From Deltaproteobacteria bacterium (GTDB lineage Bacteria; Myxococcota; Kuafuiibacteriia; Kuafuiibacteriales; Kuafuiibacteriaceae), in contig JAVJQW010000027.1 in NCBI GenBank assembly GCA_040218735.1, forward strand, positions 1 through 64,000: a stretch of DNA of 64,000 nucleotides. The letters are read 5' to 3'. Under the pieces are notes generated by a model. The model saw only the letters and a list, made by a program, of their open reading frames with translations. It had not been told where the DNA came from and did not search any database. Made by a program: the position numbers and the translations under genes. This document shows, piece after piece, positions 35,220 to 47,046 of the stretch. How positions within the stretch are numbered: position 1 is the first letter of the stretch; the number at the start of each line of letters is the position of its first letter.

Positions 35220-35416
35220 CTGCCATGAGACGTGCTGCTGTCCTGTTACTGCTGTTGTGCGGCTGCCCTGACCTCGAGCCGTCGAAGGTCTCGGCGACGT
35301 GCACGAAGGCGTTCGACAAGTGCAAGCTCGCGAACGGGCCGCTCGGGGTGTGTCAGGAGATCGAGTGCAAGGCCGGCGAGAAGAAGCCGTGCCTGAAGTG
35401 TGTCTCTCAGCACTGA
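35216..35416 (+). CDS. Small Cys-rich lipoprotein
   Basis: GTGA overlap (or ATG 35225); LLCGC lipobox; six further Cys; ends CVSQH. Confidence 0.7.
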   Translation: MTAMRRAAVLLLLLCGCPDLEPSKVSATCTKAFDKCKLANGPLGVCQEIECKAGEKKPCLKCVSQH

Positions 35417-36254
35417 GCGTGCTGCATCGCGGCCAACGTCCGCTCGGTGCGCGCGAGGCGACCGAGCCACGGCGCGGCGTACACGTCGGGCACGCCGCTC
35501 AGGTGTTCGCGGAGCTCGTCGACTTCCGCACCGAGCGCCGTCAGCAGCGCCGGGAGTGCGTCGCGATCCGCGGCGGAGTGCATCAAGTTCTCCAGCATCA
35601 ACGCGCGCTCGCCGAACCCATGTGACGACGACACCCCGCGCGCGAAGCGCGTGACGTCGAAGCGCGAGATCCACAACCCGCACGCCGCGGGGCGGCACAG
35701 GTGGCCTGCGATGTCGCGCAGGCTCGTCTTTCGGTCTTCGAGATCGATCGAAACCTCCGCGACCGGCGCGCCGCCGCGGTGTGGGCCGAGCGTCGCGCGG
35801 TGCTCGAGCAACACGCCGAGCAACGTCGACGCCGCAATGTCGTACGGCGCGAAACCGCGGAGCGCGTGTGCGAACAGCGGAACCCAACCGAGGAGGTGCA
35901 CGTCCAGCATCACGCGCTGCGCCGACGCTGCGCCCGCGCACGTCGACGCGAGCGCACGGAGCTGCACCGCGAGGTGATCCGGCGCCGGCCCCGTCACGTC
36001 GTACGCGAACCCGAGGCGTGCGTACGTGTCGACGACCCGCTGCGAGACCTCGCCGCCGACCACACCCTCCGGATCCACGAACACACTCTCGTGCGGCGGC
36101 ACGGCGAGCCCGAGCGCCTCGTAGTGCGCGCCGGGCTCGTGTTTCACGGCGACGCCGAGGAGCGCCGACATGCGCGCCTCGTCGTCGGCCGGGACGCCGT
36201 GCTCGAACAGATCCGCGAGCACCGAATAGGCGACCGCATAGGTAGATGACGTCG

Positions 36255-36258
<4 letters not shown>
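35407..36258 (-). CDS. TorD/DmsD family molybdoenzyme chaperone
   Basis: PPHESVF, PDHLAVQL, HLLGW; ATGA overlap with the Mo-enzyme stop. Confidence 0.85.
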
Positions 36259-39119
<2,861 letters not shown>

Positions 39120-39130
39120 TCTCGTGACTC

Positions 39131-40714
39131 CTAGCTGTTCGGGACGTCCTGCGGCGCCATCACAAAAGCGTGCTCGTAGCAGTACAGACCCACCAGCGCG
39201 AGCAGCGCGGGCAGCACCGGGACGCCGAAGTACAGCACCCCGAACGCGGCGACGTGCCCGACGAGGATGCTGCCGACCCAGAAGTAGTTCTTGTACCGAC
39301 CGTGCGTGATGTCGTGCGCGGCGCGCGCCGCAACTTCACTTGCGTGGGGCATCCCGATCTCGCCGAGGATCATCACGCCGAGGTCGATCGCGATGCTCCA
39401 CAGCGCGACGGTGCGCGCGAGCTCCGCGATCGCGCCGCTGATGGGGAAGACGTTGCCCGACGCGGCGAGGAACACTGCACCGGCCATCGTGGCCTGGATG
39501 ACGAGGTGAATCGGGAGGAGCGGGCTCTGCCAGAGATCGCGACCCTCCGCCTGGCCGAAGAGGAACGCGGTGTACGACGCGACGCCGATCGCGAGCGGCG
39601 ACGCCGCGAGCAGGATCCACGGCCGCGCCGCGGCGAGCGTGGCGTCCGGGACCATCCCGAAGAGGTTGCCCAGCTCGATACCCATCCAGCCGGTCACCAC
39701 GATTGAGAACGCGATCAGGATAAACGCGCCGCGCGTCAGCCAACTCTTCCACTGCGGCGTGAGGATGATGCGCAGGAAGCGCCCCGGCTTCTCGAGGTCA
39801 CCCACGAGCAGCACCGTCGTGATCAGCGTGAACACCACCGCAGTGGCGCTCGCGAAGACCCCGGTCGTCGCGCTCAGCTCCATGCCCATCCACAGCGCCA
39901 GCGCGAAGACCAACGCGACGCCGGCCGCGATGCCCTTGGTGACGAGGTACGCGGGCACCTGCCAGTGCCAGGGCACCTCGTGCTGCGCGTTGTACGAGAC
40001 CTGCACCATGTGCTCGGAGACGCGCCCGCCGATCTGGATCGGACCCGCCGCCGGCAGCCCCTGCGTCGAGTGCGACTGATCCGCGCGGATGTTCTCACCG
40101 TGCAGCGGCTTCACGTCGGCCCACATGAACGTCTCGGGGGTGCGCTCGGTCGCCGTCGGGTGCAGCGCGATGTCGCCGCCCTCGATGTAGAACAACTTCG
40201 GCCCCGTCCCCTGCTCGGGTTTACGGACCGTGACCTTCTCGTTGTGGACGATCTTCGAGATCTCGGAGTGAGGGTCGTCCAAGTCGCCCGCGATGATCGC
40301 GTGTTCTGGGCACACGACCACGCACGCCGGCTCGAGCCCGATGTCCGTCCGGTGCGCGCAGTAGTGACACTTCGCGGCCGTACTCGTCTCCGGGTCGATG
40401 TGGATCGCGTCGTACGGACACGCCTGCAGGCACGCCTTGCACCCGATGCAGCGACGGCTGTCGAAGTCGACGATGCCGTCCTCGCGTTGATACATCGCCG
40501 TGACCGGGCAGATGCGCACGCAAGGTGGGTTGCTACAGTGGTTGCAACGCGTGACCTGGAAGTGGCGACGGTTGTCCGGGAACGTGCCCGTCTCGGTGTA
40601 CTTGACCCAGGTCCTGTACACGCCGAGAGGGACGTCGTTCTCGCTCTTACAAGCCGTCGAGCACGCGTGGCAGCCGATACAGGATCGGTTGTCGATGACG
40701 AACCCGAAGTTCAC
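39131..40714 (-). CDS. 4Fe-4S ferredoxin subunit fused to NrfD/PsrC-type membrane anchor
   Basis: CIGCHAC..AC, CNHC..PPC..ICP, CIGCKAC..ACPY, KCHYC..PAC..VCP; W..QVPAYL, DLEKP, SWLTRG. Confidence 0.93.
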   Translation of the reverse strand: MNFGFVIDNRSCIGCHACSTACKSENDVPLGVYRTWVKYTETGTFPDNRRHFQVTRCNHCSNPPCVRICPVTAMYQREDGIVDFDSRRCIGCKACLQACPYDAIHIDPETSTAAKCHYCAHRTDIGLEPACVVVCPEHAIIAGDLDDPHSEISKIVHNEKVTVRKPEQGTGPKLFYIEGGDIALHPTATERTPETFMWADVKPLHGENIRADQSHSTQGLPAAGPIQIGGRVSEHMVQVSYNAQHEVPWHWQVPAYLVTKGIAAGVALVFALALWMGMELSATTGVFASATAVVFTLITTVLLVGDLEKPGRFLRIILTPQWKSWLTRGAFILIAFSIVVTGWMGIELGNLFGMVPDATLAAARPWILLAASPLAIGVASYTAFLFGQAEGRDLWQSPLLPIHLVIQATMAGAVFLAASGNVFPISGAIAELARTVALWSIAIDLGVMILGEIGMPHASEVAARAAHDITHGRYKNYFWVGSILVGHVAAFGVLYFGVPVLPALLALVGLYCYEHAFVMAPQDVPNS

Positions 40715-40726
40715 GGACGCGGGGAT

Positions 40727-40742
40727 AGCAAGAGGTAGGCCT
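40727..40742 (-). promoter_or_regulatory. Sigma54 promoter AGGCCT-N5-TTGCT
   Basis: GG-N10-GC 12 nt upstream of the FeS-NrfD start. Confidence 0.7.
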
Positions 40743-40914
40743 GTCCGCTAGCCGGCCTCCGGACGGTGTGCGCGCCGCAGCATGTTTCATTCGGTTTCGT
40801 GCGGTCGGAACGGATCGCGTTGCGTCGACGCCGTCCGGTGAACAACGGGACGGATTTCGGTGCGGCGACGGTGCCTTGCTGCGCTGGTACGCGCCGTGAA
40901 GTCACGACCGAGCC

Positions 40915-41340
40915 ATGGAGAACTTCACGCCCGTCACGTCGTTGGTCGGGGGCATCCTGATCGGCCTCGCGAGCTTCGGCCTCTTGGCCTTCAACGGACG
41001 CATCGCCGGTATCAGCGGCATCACCGGCGCGTTGCTCGCGCCCAAGGCCGGCGACGTCGGCTGGCGCCTCGCCTTCTTCTTCGGCCTCGTGCTCGGCGGC
41101 ATCGTCATGGGCGCGCTTCAACCGCAGTGGTTCGAGTACGGCCTCGACCGATCCGTCGCGACCGTCGCCATCGCCGGTCTCGTCGTGGGATTCGGGACGC
41201 GCCTCGGGAGCGGGTGCACGAGCGGCCACGGCGTATGCGGAATCAGTCGCCTCTCGGTCCGGTCGATCGTCGCCACGGTGACGTTCATGGCGACCGGCGC
41301 CATCACCGTCTTCCTGTTCCGAACGTGGGGTGCATCGTGA
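40915..41340 (+). CDS. YeeE/YedE family sulfur-compound transporter subunit
   Basis: [20 protein letters not shown]. Confidence 0.92.
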   Translation: MENFTPVTSLVGGILIGLASFGLLAFNGRIAGISGITGALLAPKAGDVGWRLAFFFGLVLGGIVMGALQPQWFEYGLDRSVATVAIAGLVVGFGTRLGSGCTSGHGVCGISRLSVRSIVATVTFMATGAITVFLFRTWGAS

Positions 41341-41783
41341 AAGAGATCATCGTCAGTCTGGTGTCCGGCTTCACCTTCGCGGTGGGCCTCGCCGTCTCCG
41401 GCATGACGCAGCCGACCAAGGTCGTCGGCTTCCTCGACTTCCTCGGCGACTGGGATCCGAGCCTCGCGTTCGTCATGGGCGGCGCGATCGCCGTGTACCT
41501 CCCGCTGTTCCGGTGGGTCCGCAACCGCGAGCGCGCGTTCCTCGGCGCCAAGTTCCTGATCCCCACGCGCAAGGACCTCTCCCCGCGGCTCATCGCGGGC
41601 TCCGCGCTGTTCGGCATCGGCTGGGGACTCGCGGGCTTCTGTCCGGGCCCCGCGATCGTCGCCGCATCCTCGCGCATGTCGATGGGGCTGATCTTCTTCG
41701 TCGCGATGGTCACCGGCATGCTCTTGTTCCGCGCGTTCGAATTTGCTTCGCAGCCGGCCCCCGCTCCTGTGAAGTCCTCCTGA
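41337..41783 (+). CDS. YeeE/YedE family sulfur-compound transporter subunit
   Basis: GTGA overlap; [25 protein letters not shown]. Confidence 0.92.
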   Translation: MKEIIVSLVSGFTFAVGLAVSGMTQPTKVVGFLDFLGDWDPSLAFVMGGAIAVYLPLFRWVRNRERAFLGAKFLIPTRKDLSPRLIAGSALFGIGWGLAGFCPGPAIVAASSRMSMGLIFFVAMVTGMLLFRAFEFASQPAPAPVKSS

Positions 41784-41784
41784 G

Positions 41785-42402
41785 ATGTCCTGGCTCGTCG
41801 CTCCGCTCTACGACCGCATCATGCGTGGGACGGAGGCGGCGTGTCTGGCCGCGTGGCGCGCGGAGCTCCTCGCCGACCTCGAAGGAGACGTCCTGGAGAT
41901 CGGCGCGGGCACCGGCGCGAACATCGCGCACTACGGTCCACGCGTGGAGCGCGTGCGTTACTTCGAACCAGACCCGCACATGGCGCGTCAGCTGAAGACG
42001 AAGCTCGCCGCGGATCCGAAACGCGGTGCGTCGGACGAAGTCGTCGAGGACCTCGCCGCCGTCGCCGACGAAAGCCACGACGCCGTCGTCTCCACGCTCG
42101 TGCTCTGCACCGTCCCCGATCCGACGGCGACGCTCGCCCACGTGCGGCGGGTGCTCGCGCCGCACGGCCGGTTCGTATTCCTCGAACACGTCGCGGCGCA
42201 CGAGCACCCCGAGCGCCTCGCGTGGCAGCGCCGCCTCGAGCCGCTGTGGAAGCGGGTCGCGGGCGGTTGCCACCTCACCCGCGAGACGGCGCAGACGATC
42301 GCGGACGCCGGGTTCACGCTGGAGCAGCTGCAGCGCGAATCGATGCGTAAGGCCGTACCCTGGGTCCGCCCCACGGTGCGCGGCGTCGCCATCGTCCGTT
42401 AG
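41785..42402 (+). CDS. Class I SAM methyltransferase (METTL7/TMT1-like)
   Basis: VLEIGAGTGAN, DAVVSTLVLCTV, FLEHV, GGCHLTR. Confidence 0.88.
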   Translation: MSWLVAPLYDRIMRGTEAACLAAWRAELLADLEGDVLEIGAGTGANIAHYGPRVERVRYFEPDPHMARQLKTKLAADPKRGASDEVVEDLAAVADESHDAVVSTLVLCTVPDPTATLAHVRRVLAPHGRFVFLEHVAAHEHPERLAWQRRLEPLWKRVAGGCHLTRETAQTIADAGFTLEQLQRESMRKAVPWVRPTVRGVAIVR

Positions 42403-42454
42403 GCATCCGATAGGCACTGGCCCTCGGCCCCGGCGGGACGGATACTGGATCGGC

Positions 42455-45430
42455 GTGACGGCGCCCAAGCCGCCAGACAAGATCGAAGACTATCGCCTCG
42501 AGGCCCGGATCGGTCAGGGGGCGATGGGCCACGTGTTCCGCGCGCGCGACGAGGCGCTCCAGCGCGACGTCGCGGTGAAGTTCATGAGCGACGAGCTCGC
42601 CGCGCAACCCTCCGCGCGCGAGCGCTTCCGCACCGAAGCGCGCGCCGCCGCGCGGATCCAGCACCCGTCCGTCGCGCAGGTCTACAAGGTCGGCGAACAC
42701 GACGGCGTCCCGTTCATGGTCTCGGAGTTCGTCCGGGGCCGCTCGCTCGACACGTTCGAAGGCGGGCTCCCGTGGCGCGAAGCGGCGCGCTACGGCGCCG
42801 ACCTCGCGCGAGGCCTCGCGGCGGCACACGCGTGCGGTGTTCTGCACCGCGACATCAAACCGTCCAACGCGATCGCCACCGACGACGGCGTGAAGCTGAT
42901 CGACTTCGGCCTCGCGAAGCTCGCGCCGGAGGCGCCGCGCGAGGACTTGACGCTCGACCCCGACGCCCCGCCGAACCTCACGCGCTCCGGCGCGGTGATG
43001 GGCACGCCGTACTACATGCCGCCGGAGGCGTGGCGCGGCGAGGCGGCGACCGTGCGCTCCGACGTCTACTCACTCGGCGCGCTCCTCTACGAGCTCGCTT
43101 CAGGATCGCCGCCGCACGGTCGTATCCGCACCCGCGAGCTGCAGCAGATCGTTCAGGTCAACGAGCCGCGCCCGCTCGCGGAGCGCCTCGGTACGGCGGA
43201 CGCGGAGGCGTTCGCGGCGGTCGTGGATCGATGCCTACGCATCGCGCCGGAGCAACGCATTCACACTGCGGCGGAGCTCGCGGAGCTCCTCGCTTCGGTG
43301 ACGGCGCCCATCGAAGCCGACCCGCGCTCCGAGCGCGCCGCCGCCGAGCTGGACGCGGCGCGGGTGCTCGTCGTGCACGCCCACGAGGAGGCCGACGCCG
43401 TTGCCTTCGCACGCGATGTGTTGCTGCCGTACGTCGCGCAGCAGACGGGGCGATCGCTGGTCCGCGTGCAGGCTCGGACCGCGGCGGACGTCGAGGCGGC
43501 GCTGACGATCAAACGACGCGACGACGCGACGGTCGCCGACGCCCCGCTCTTCGAGGAGCCACCGCCCGAGGAGGACGAGGTCGAGCTTCGGCGTGACGTC
43601 GTCGTGTTGGTCGAAGGTGGTGCACACGCCGACGCGTCCTGGCGTTCCACGTTCGAACGCCTCACTCCGAACGCGTGGCTCGTGCTCCCGGTCGCCACAT
43701 CGGCCGTGCCGCCGTTGAGCGGCGCCCTCGCGGCGGCCGTCTTCGGGCTCGACCCCGAGCGCAAGCGGTCACGTTGGCCCTGGCTCCTCGTGGCGGCGAT
43801 GGGGATCGCGTCTGCCGCGGCGGTGTGGGTCGCGGACGCGCCCTCCGACGTGCGCATCGAAGACCTGGAGCGCGTCACGTTCGAAGACGGTTGCGAAGAG
43901 TTCCCGTCGCTGACGCCGGACGGGGAGCGACTCCTCCACGACGCGGAGCTCGACGGTCGCTACGCCCTGATCCTCCGGGACCTCGTGAGTGGGCGCGCCG
44001 AGCCGATCACCGGTTCGACCGAAGGCTGGGAGTTCGCGCCCGCGGTGTCCCCGGACGGCGCGCGTTTCGCGTACATCCGACGCACCGACGGCGTGTCGCG
44101 CGCGTACGTCGCGACGTTCGAGGCGCCGACGAAGTCGCGTGAGATCGCGGTGGGGCGGTTGCGTCCCTCGTGGACGCCCGACGGTCGCGCGGTTTGGGCG
44201 GGGCCGGGGACGAAGCCACAGCGTTTCGATCTCGCGACGTCCACGGTGACACGTACGCTCACGCCGCCGCCCGAGACGCAGCTGCTCCACCTCCGCGAGA
44301 TCCCGGACGGCCGCATCGTCGCGATCCCGTTCGCGGAGGACATCAGCTCCGTCGGTCGTGGCTTGGTGATCTACGAGGGCGACACGCCGAAGTGGTTGTT
44401 CGAGCGCGACGTGCTCGAGGTGTTGGAGGTGCTCGAGGACCAGGCGCTCGTCGCGCACCGAACGCAGTCGGAGAAGGTGCAGCTGTGGCGTGTTCCATTC
44501 GATGGAACGGAGCCGACGCCGCTCTCGGCGGGCGGCGTCGAGGCGCGCGCCGGGCTCGCGGTGCGCGGGGATCGGATCGTCTGGTCGAACTGCCGCATCG
44601 AGCAGAAGTTGACGGCGCTCGCCGACGAAGAGGGTGAGCAAGCCTTCGTTCCGCTGGTGAAGGGGGACTGGTCCGACTACGAACCGGCCGCGGTGCCCGG
44701 CACGGACCTGGTGCTCGCGTTGTCGTTGCGCTCCGGCAAGGTGCGCATCTGGGAGATCGATCTCTCGCGGAAACGTCCGGCGCGGATGCTCGAGACCGGA
44801 GCACCGGAGCCGGTGTCGGTCGCGGTGTCGCCCGACGGAACGCAGGTCGCCTTCGGTACGGAGTCCGACGGCATCTTCGTCATGCCGCGCGACGGGAGCG
44901 CCGCGCCGAAGCTCGCGGTGAAGGGCGCGCACAACTACTACCCGTCGTTCACCGCGGACGGCCGCGCGCTCGTCTACCAGTCGGAGAACAAGGACGGGTT
45001 GGACCGCATCGACGTCGTCCCGCTCGACGGCGGTCCCACCGAGCGCCTCCTCGACGCCAACGCCGCCGACCCGGCGGTGTCGGTGGACGGCAAGACGGTG
45101 GCCTTCGTCCTCGAGACGGACCCGGACAACGAGCTGGGCCACGTCGTCCTCTTCGACCGCGCGACGAAGCAACACGAACGGCTGACGATGGAGCTGGACG
45201 CCGGCTGGTACCACAACCTCCGCTTCTCCCCCGACGGCGAGCGCCTGCTGCTCCTGGAGAGCGGCACGAAGCTCTACGAGGTCGACTTGGCCTCGAAGAA
45301 GGTCGTGAACCGCCGCGACGCGGGCGCGAACCAGTTCATGGGCGTCACCTACCGCGGCGACGACATCGTCCTGGGCTTCATGCAGTGGTCCGGAGACCTG
45401 TGGTCGGGTCGCCTCCGAGTCGGCCGCTGA
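42455..45430 (+). CDS. Membrane Ser/Thr kinase with TolB/PD40 beta-propeller ectodomain
   Basis: IGQGAMG, HRDIKPSN, DFGLAK, GTPYYMPPE; TM WPWLLVAAMG; repeated SPDG motifs. Confidence 0.9.
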   Translation: MTAPKPPDKIEDYRLEARIGQGAMGHVFRARDEALQRDVAVKFMSDELAAQPSARERFRTEARAAARIQHPSVAQVYKVGEHDGVPFMVSEFVRGRSLDTFEGGLPWREAARYGADLARGLAAAHACGVLHRDIKPSNAIATDDGVKLIDFGLAKLAPEAPREDLTLDPDAPPNLTRSGAVMGTPYYMPPEAWRGEAATVRSDVYSLGALLYELASGSPPHGRIRTRELQQIVQVNEPRPLAERLGTADAEAFAAVVDRCLRIAPEQRIHTAAELAELLASVTAPIEADPRSERAAAELDAARVLVVHAHEEADAVAFARDVLLPYVAQQTGRSLVRVQARTAADVEAALTIKRRDDATVADAPLFEEPPPEEDEVELRRDVVVLVEGGAHADASWRSTFERLTPNAWLVLPVATSAVPPLSGALAAAVFGLDPERKRSRWPWLLVAAMGIASAAAVWVADAPSDVRIEDLERVTFEDGCEEFPSLTPDGERLLHDAELDGRYALILRDLVSGRAEPITGSTEGWEFAPAVSPDGARFAYIRRTDGVSRAYVATFEAPTKSREIAVGRLRPSWTPDGRAVWAGPGTKPQRFDLATSTVTRTLTPPPETQLLHLREIPDGRIVAIPFAEDISSVGRGLVIYEGDTPKWLFERDVLEVLEVLEDQALVAHRTQSEKVQLWRVPFDGTEPTPLSAGGVEARAGLAVRGDRIVWSNCRIEQKLTALADEEGEQAFVPLVKGDWSDYEPAAVPGTDLVLALSLRSGKVRIWEIDLSRKRPARMLETGAPEPVSVAVSPDGTQVAFGTESDGIFVMPRDGSAAPKLAVKGAHNYYPSFTADGRALVYQSENKDGLDRIDVVPLDGGPTERLLDANAADPAVSVDGKTVAFVLETDPDNELGHVVLFDRATKQHERLTMELDAGWYHNLRFSPDGERLLLLESGTKLYEVDLASKKVVNRRDAGANQFMGVTYRGDDIVLGFMQWSGDLWSGRLRVGR

Positions 45431-45522
45431 AATTCGCGGGTCAGATCCTCGGGGCTCGCGACGAAACCCCCTACGTGACTCGCTGTATCGAAGGCGTCCT
45501 GCCGCGTTATGCTCCTGAAGAC

Positions 45523-46929
45523 GTGGGGTTCGAGACCGTCGAGGATGTCCGACTGACGGGCTGGGAGGCCTCGTCGACCGACAGCGCCGCCGACGAGGTC
45601 TGGGCGTTGGTGATCGCCTGGTCCGCCGAGGGCCTGGAGCGGTTGGGCGAGGTCGCGCTGTTCGGCGGCGCCGGGCCGTTTGTGCTCGGGCGTGGGCCGG
45701 AGGGCGACGGAGTGCGCGTGACGTTCGTCCGCCAGCGCCCGGGTGAGCAGCCCGCCGCGTCGCCGATCGAGGCGAAGGGGATCTCGCGCGACCAGGTTCG
45801 GTTCACGCCCGACGACGGACTCGTCGCGACGAACGTCGGTCGCTGCAAGATGTTCGTGAACGGCGAGCCGCAGGACGAGGCGACGCTCGGCGAGGGCGAC
45901 ACCCTCCTCCTCCACAACCAGCTCCTGCTCGTGTGTGAGCGTCGGCCCGCGCGCCTCGCGCCGCTGCGCTCGTTGCCGAGTGACGCGGTCCCCGCGTTCG
46001 GCGCCGCGGATCGCTTCGGGATCGTGGGGGAGTCGTCGGTGATCTGGGGCCTGCGCGAGCGCGCGGCGACCGTCGCGAACACACCCGAGCACGTGCTCGT
46101 GCTCGGCGACAGCGGCGCCGGCAAGGAGCTCGCGGCACGCCTCATCCACGCGCTCTCGCGCGAAGGGCCGTTCACCGCCCGCAACGCCGCGACGATCCCC
46201 GACGCGTTGGTCGACGCCGAGCTGTTCGGCAACGCGAAGAACTATCCGAACCCCGGCATGGCGGAGCGCGCGGGGCTCGTGGGCGAAGCCGACGGCGGCA
46301 CGTTGATGCTCGACGAAGTCGCGGAGCTCCCGGAGCGCTCGCAAGCTAGCTTGCTCCGCGTGCTCGACGGCGGCGGTGAGTATCATCGGCTCGGCGACTC
46401 GTCGCAGCGGCGCTCCTCGTTCCGCTTCGTCGGGGCGACGAACCGCTCGAAGGAAGAGCTCAAACACGACCTCCTCGCGCGCCTGACTTCGCGCATCCTC
46501 GTCCCCGGCCTGACGGACCGCCGCGCGGACATCCCGCTCATCGCGCGGCACCTGCTTGCGGCGCGCTGTCGCGAGACACCCGCCTACGCCGAGCGGTTCG
46601 GCGGTGAGCAGCTCCGCGTGGCGCCGCAGCTGATGGAGCGGCTCGTTCGCCACCCGTATACACACCACGTTCGCGAGCTGTCGCGGCTGGTCTCGACCGC
46701 GCTCGCGACGAGCCCCGGCAACTTCGTCGCGCTCACCGAAGAGGTCGAAGCCGAGCTCGGTGCGCCGCCGACGCCCGTGACGCGGGACGTCGAACCCTCG
46801 GCCGAGGACATCCAGTCGGCTCTCGACGTCGCGAAGGGGAGCCGCGCCAAGGCGGCGAAAGCACTGGGGCTCTCGAGCCGCTTCGTCCTCTACCGGCTCA
46901 TGAAGCGCCACGGCCTCGACGCCGACTGA
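45523..46929 (+). CDS. FHA-like domain plus bEBP-type AAA+ and HTH regulator lacking GAFTGA
   Basis: FVLGR..ISR..N FHA pattern; GDSGAGKE; ELFGNAKNYPNPG; MLDEV; C-terminal HTH; start uncertain. Confidence 0.85.
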   Translation: MGFETVEDVRLTGWEASSTDSAADEVWALVIAWSAEGLERLGEVALFGGAGPFVLGRGPEGDGVRVTFVRQRPGEQPAASPIEAKGISRDQVRFTPDDGLVATNVGRCKMFVNGEPQDEATLGEGDTLLLHNQLLLVCERRPARLAPLRSLPSDAVPAFGAADRFGIVGESSVIWGLRERAATVANTPEHVLVLGDSGAGKELAARLIHALSREGPFTARNAATIPDALVDAELFGNAKNYPNPGMAERAGLVGEADGGTLMLDEVAELPERSQASLLRVLDGGGEYHRLGDSSQRRSSFRFVGATNRSKEELKHDLLARLTSRILVPGLTDRRADIPLIARHLLAARCRETPAYAERFGGEQLRVAPQLMERLVRHPYTHHVRELSRLVSTALATSPGNFVALTEEVEAELGAPPTPVTRDVEPSAEDIQSALDVAKGSRAKAAKALGLSSRFVLYRLMKRHGLDAD

Positions 46930-46942
46930 AGACCAGACGGAG

Positions 46943-46968
46943 CGTGCGCGCACGTGCGCGCACGTGCG
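46943..46968. repeat. Self-complementary 10-bp tandem repeat (CGTGCGCGCA)x2.6
   Basis: Seen directly in the intergenic DNA after the FHA-bEBP gene. Confidence 0.8.
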
Positions 46969-47046
46969 GGGCCGGGCGATCGCACGCCCGCGGGGCCCCA
47001 ACACTTTTTCTGCGCAGATGGTCTGCACCTTGAAAGGGGGAGGGGG

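Noticed and set aside
35390-35416. CLKCVSQH as a heme c binding motif
   Set aside because: Not CxxCH; more likely disulfide-bonded Cys
40885-40900. TGGTAC-N5-GTGAA as a sigma54 promoter for yeeE
   Set aside because: Lacks the conserved -12 GC, so not supportable
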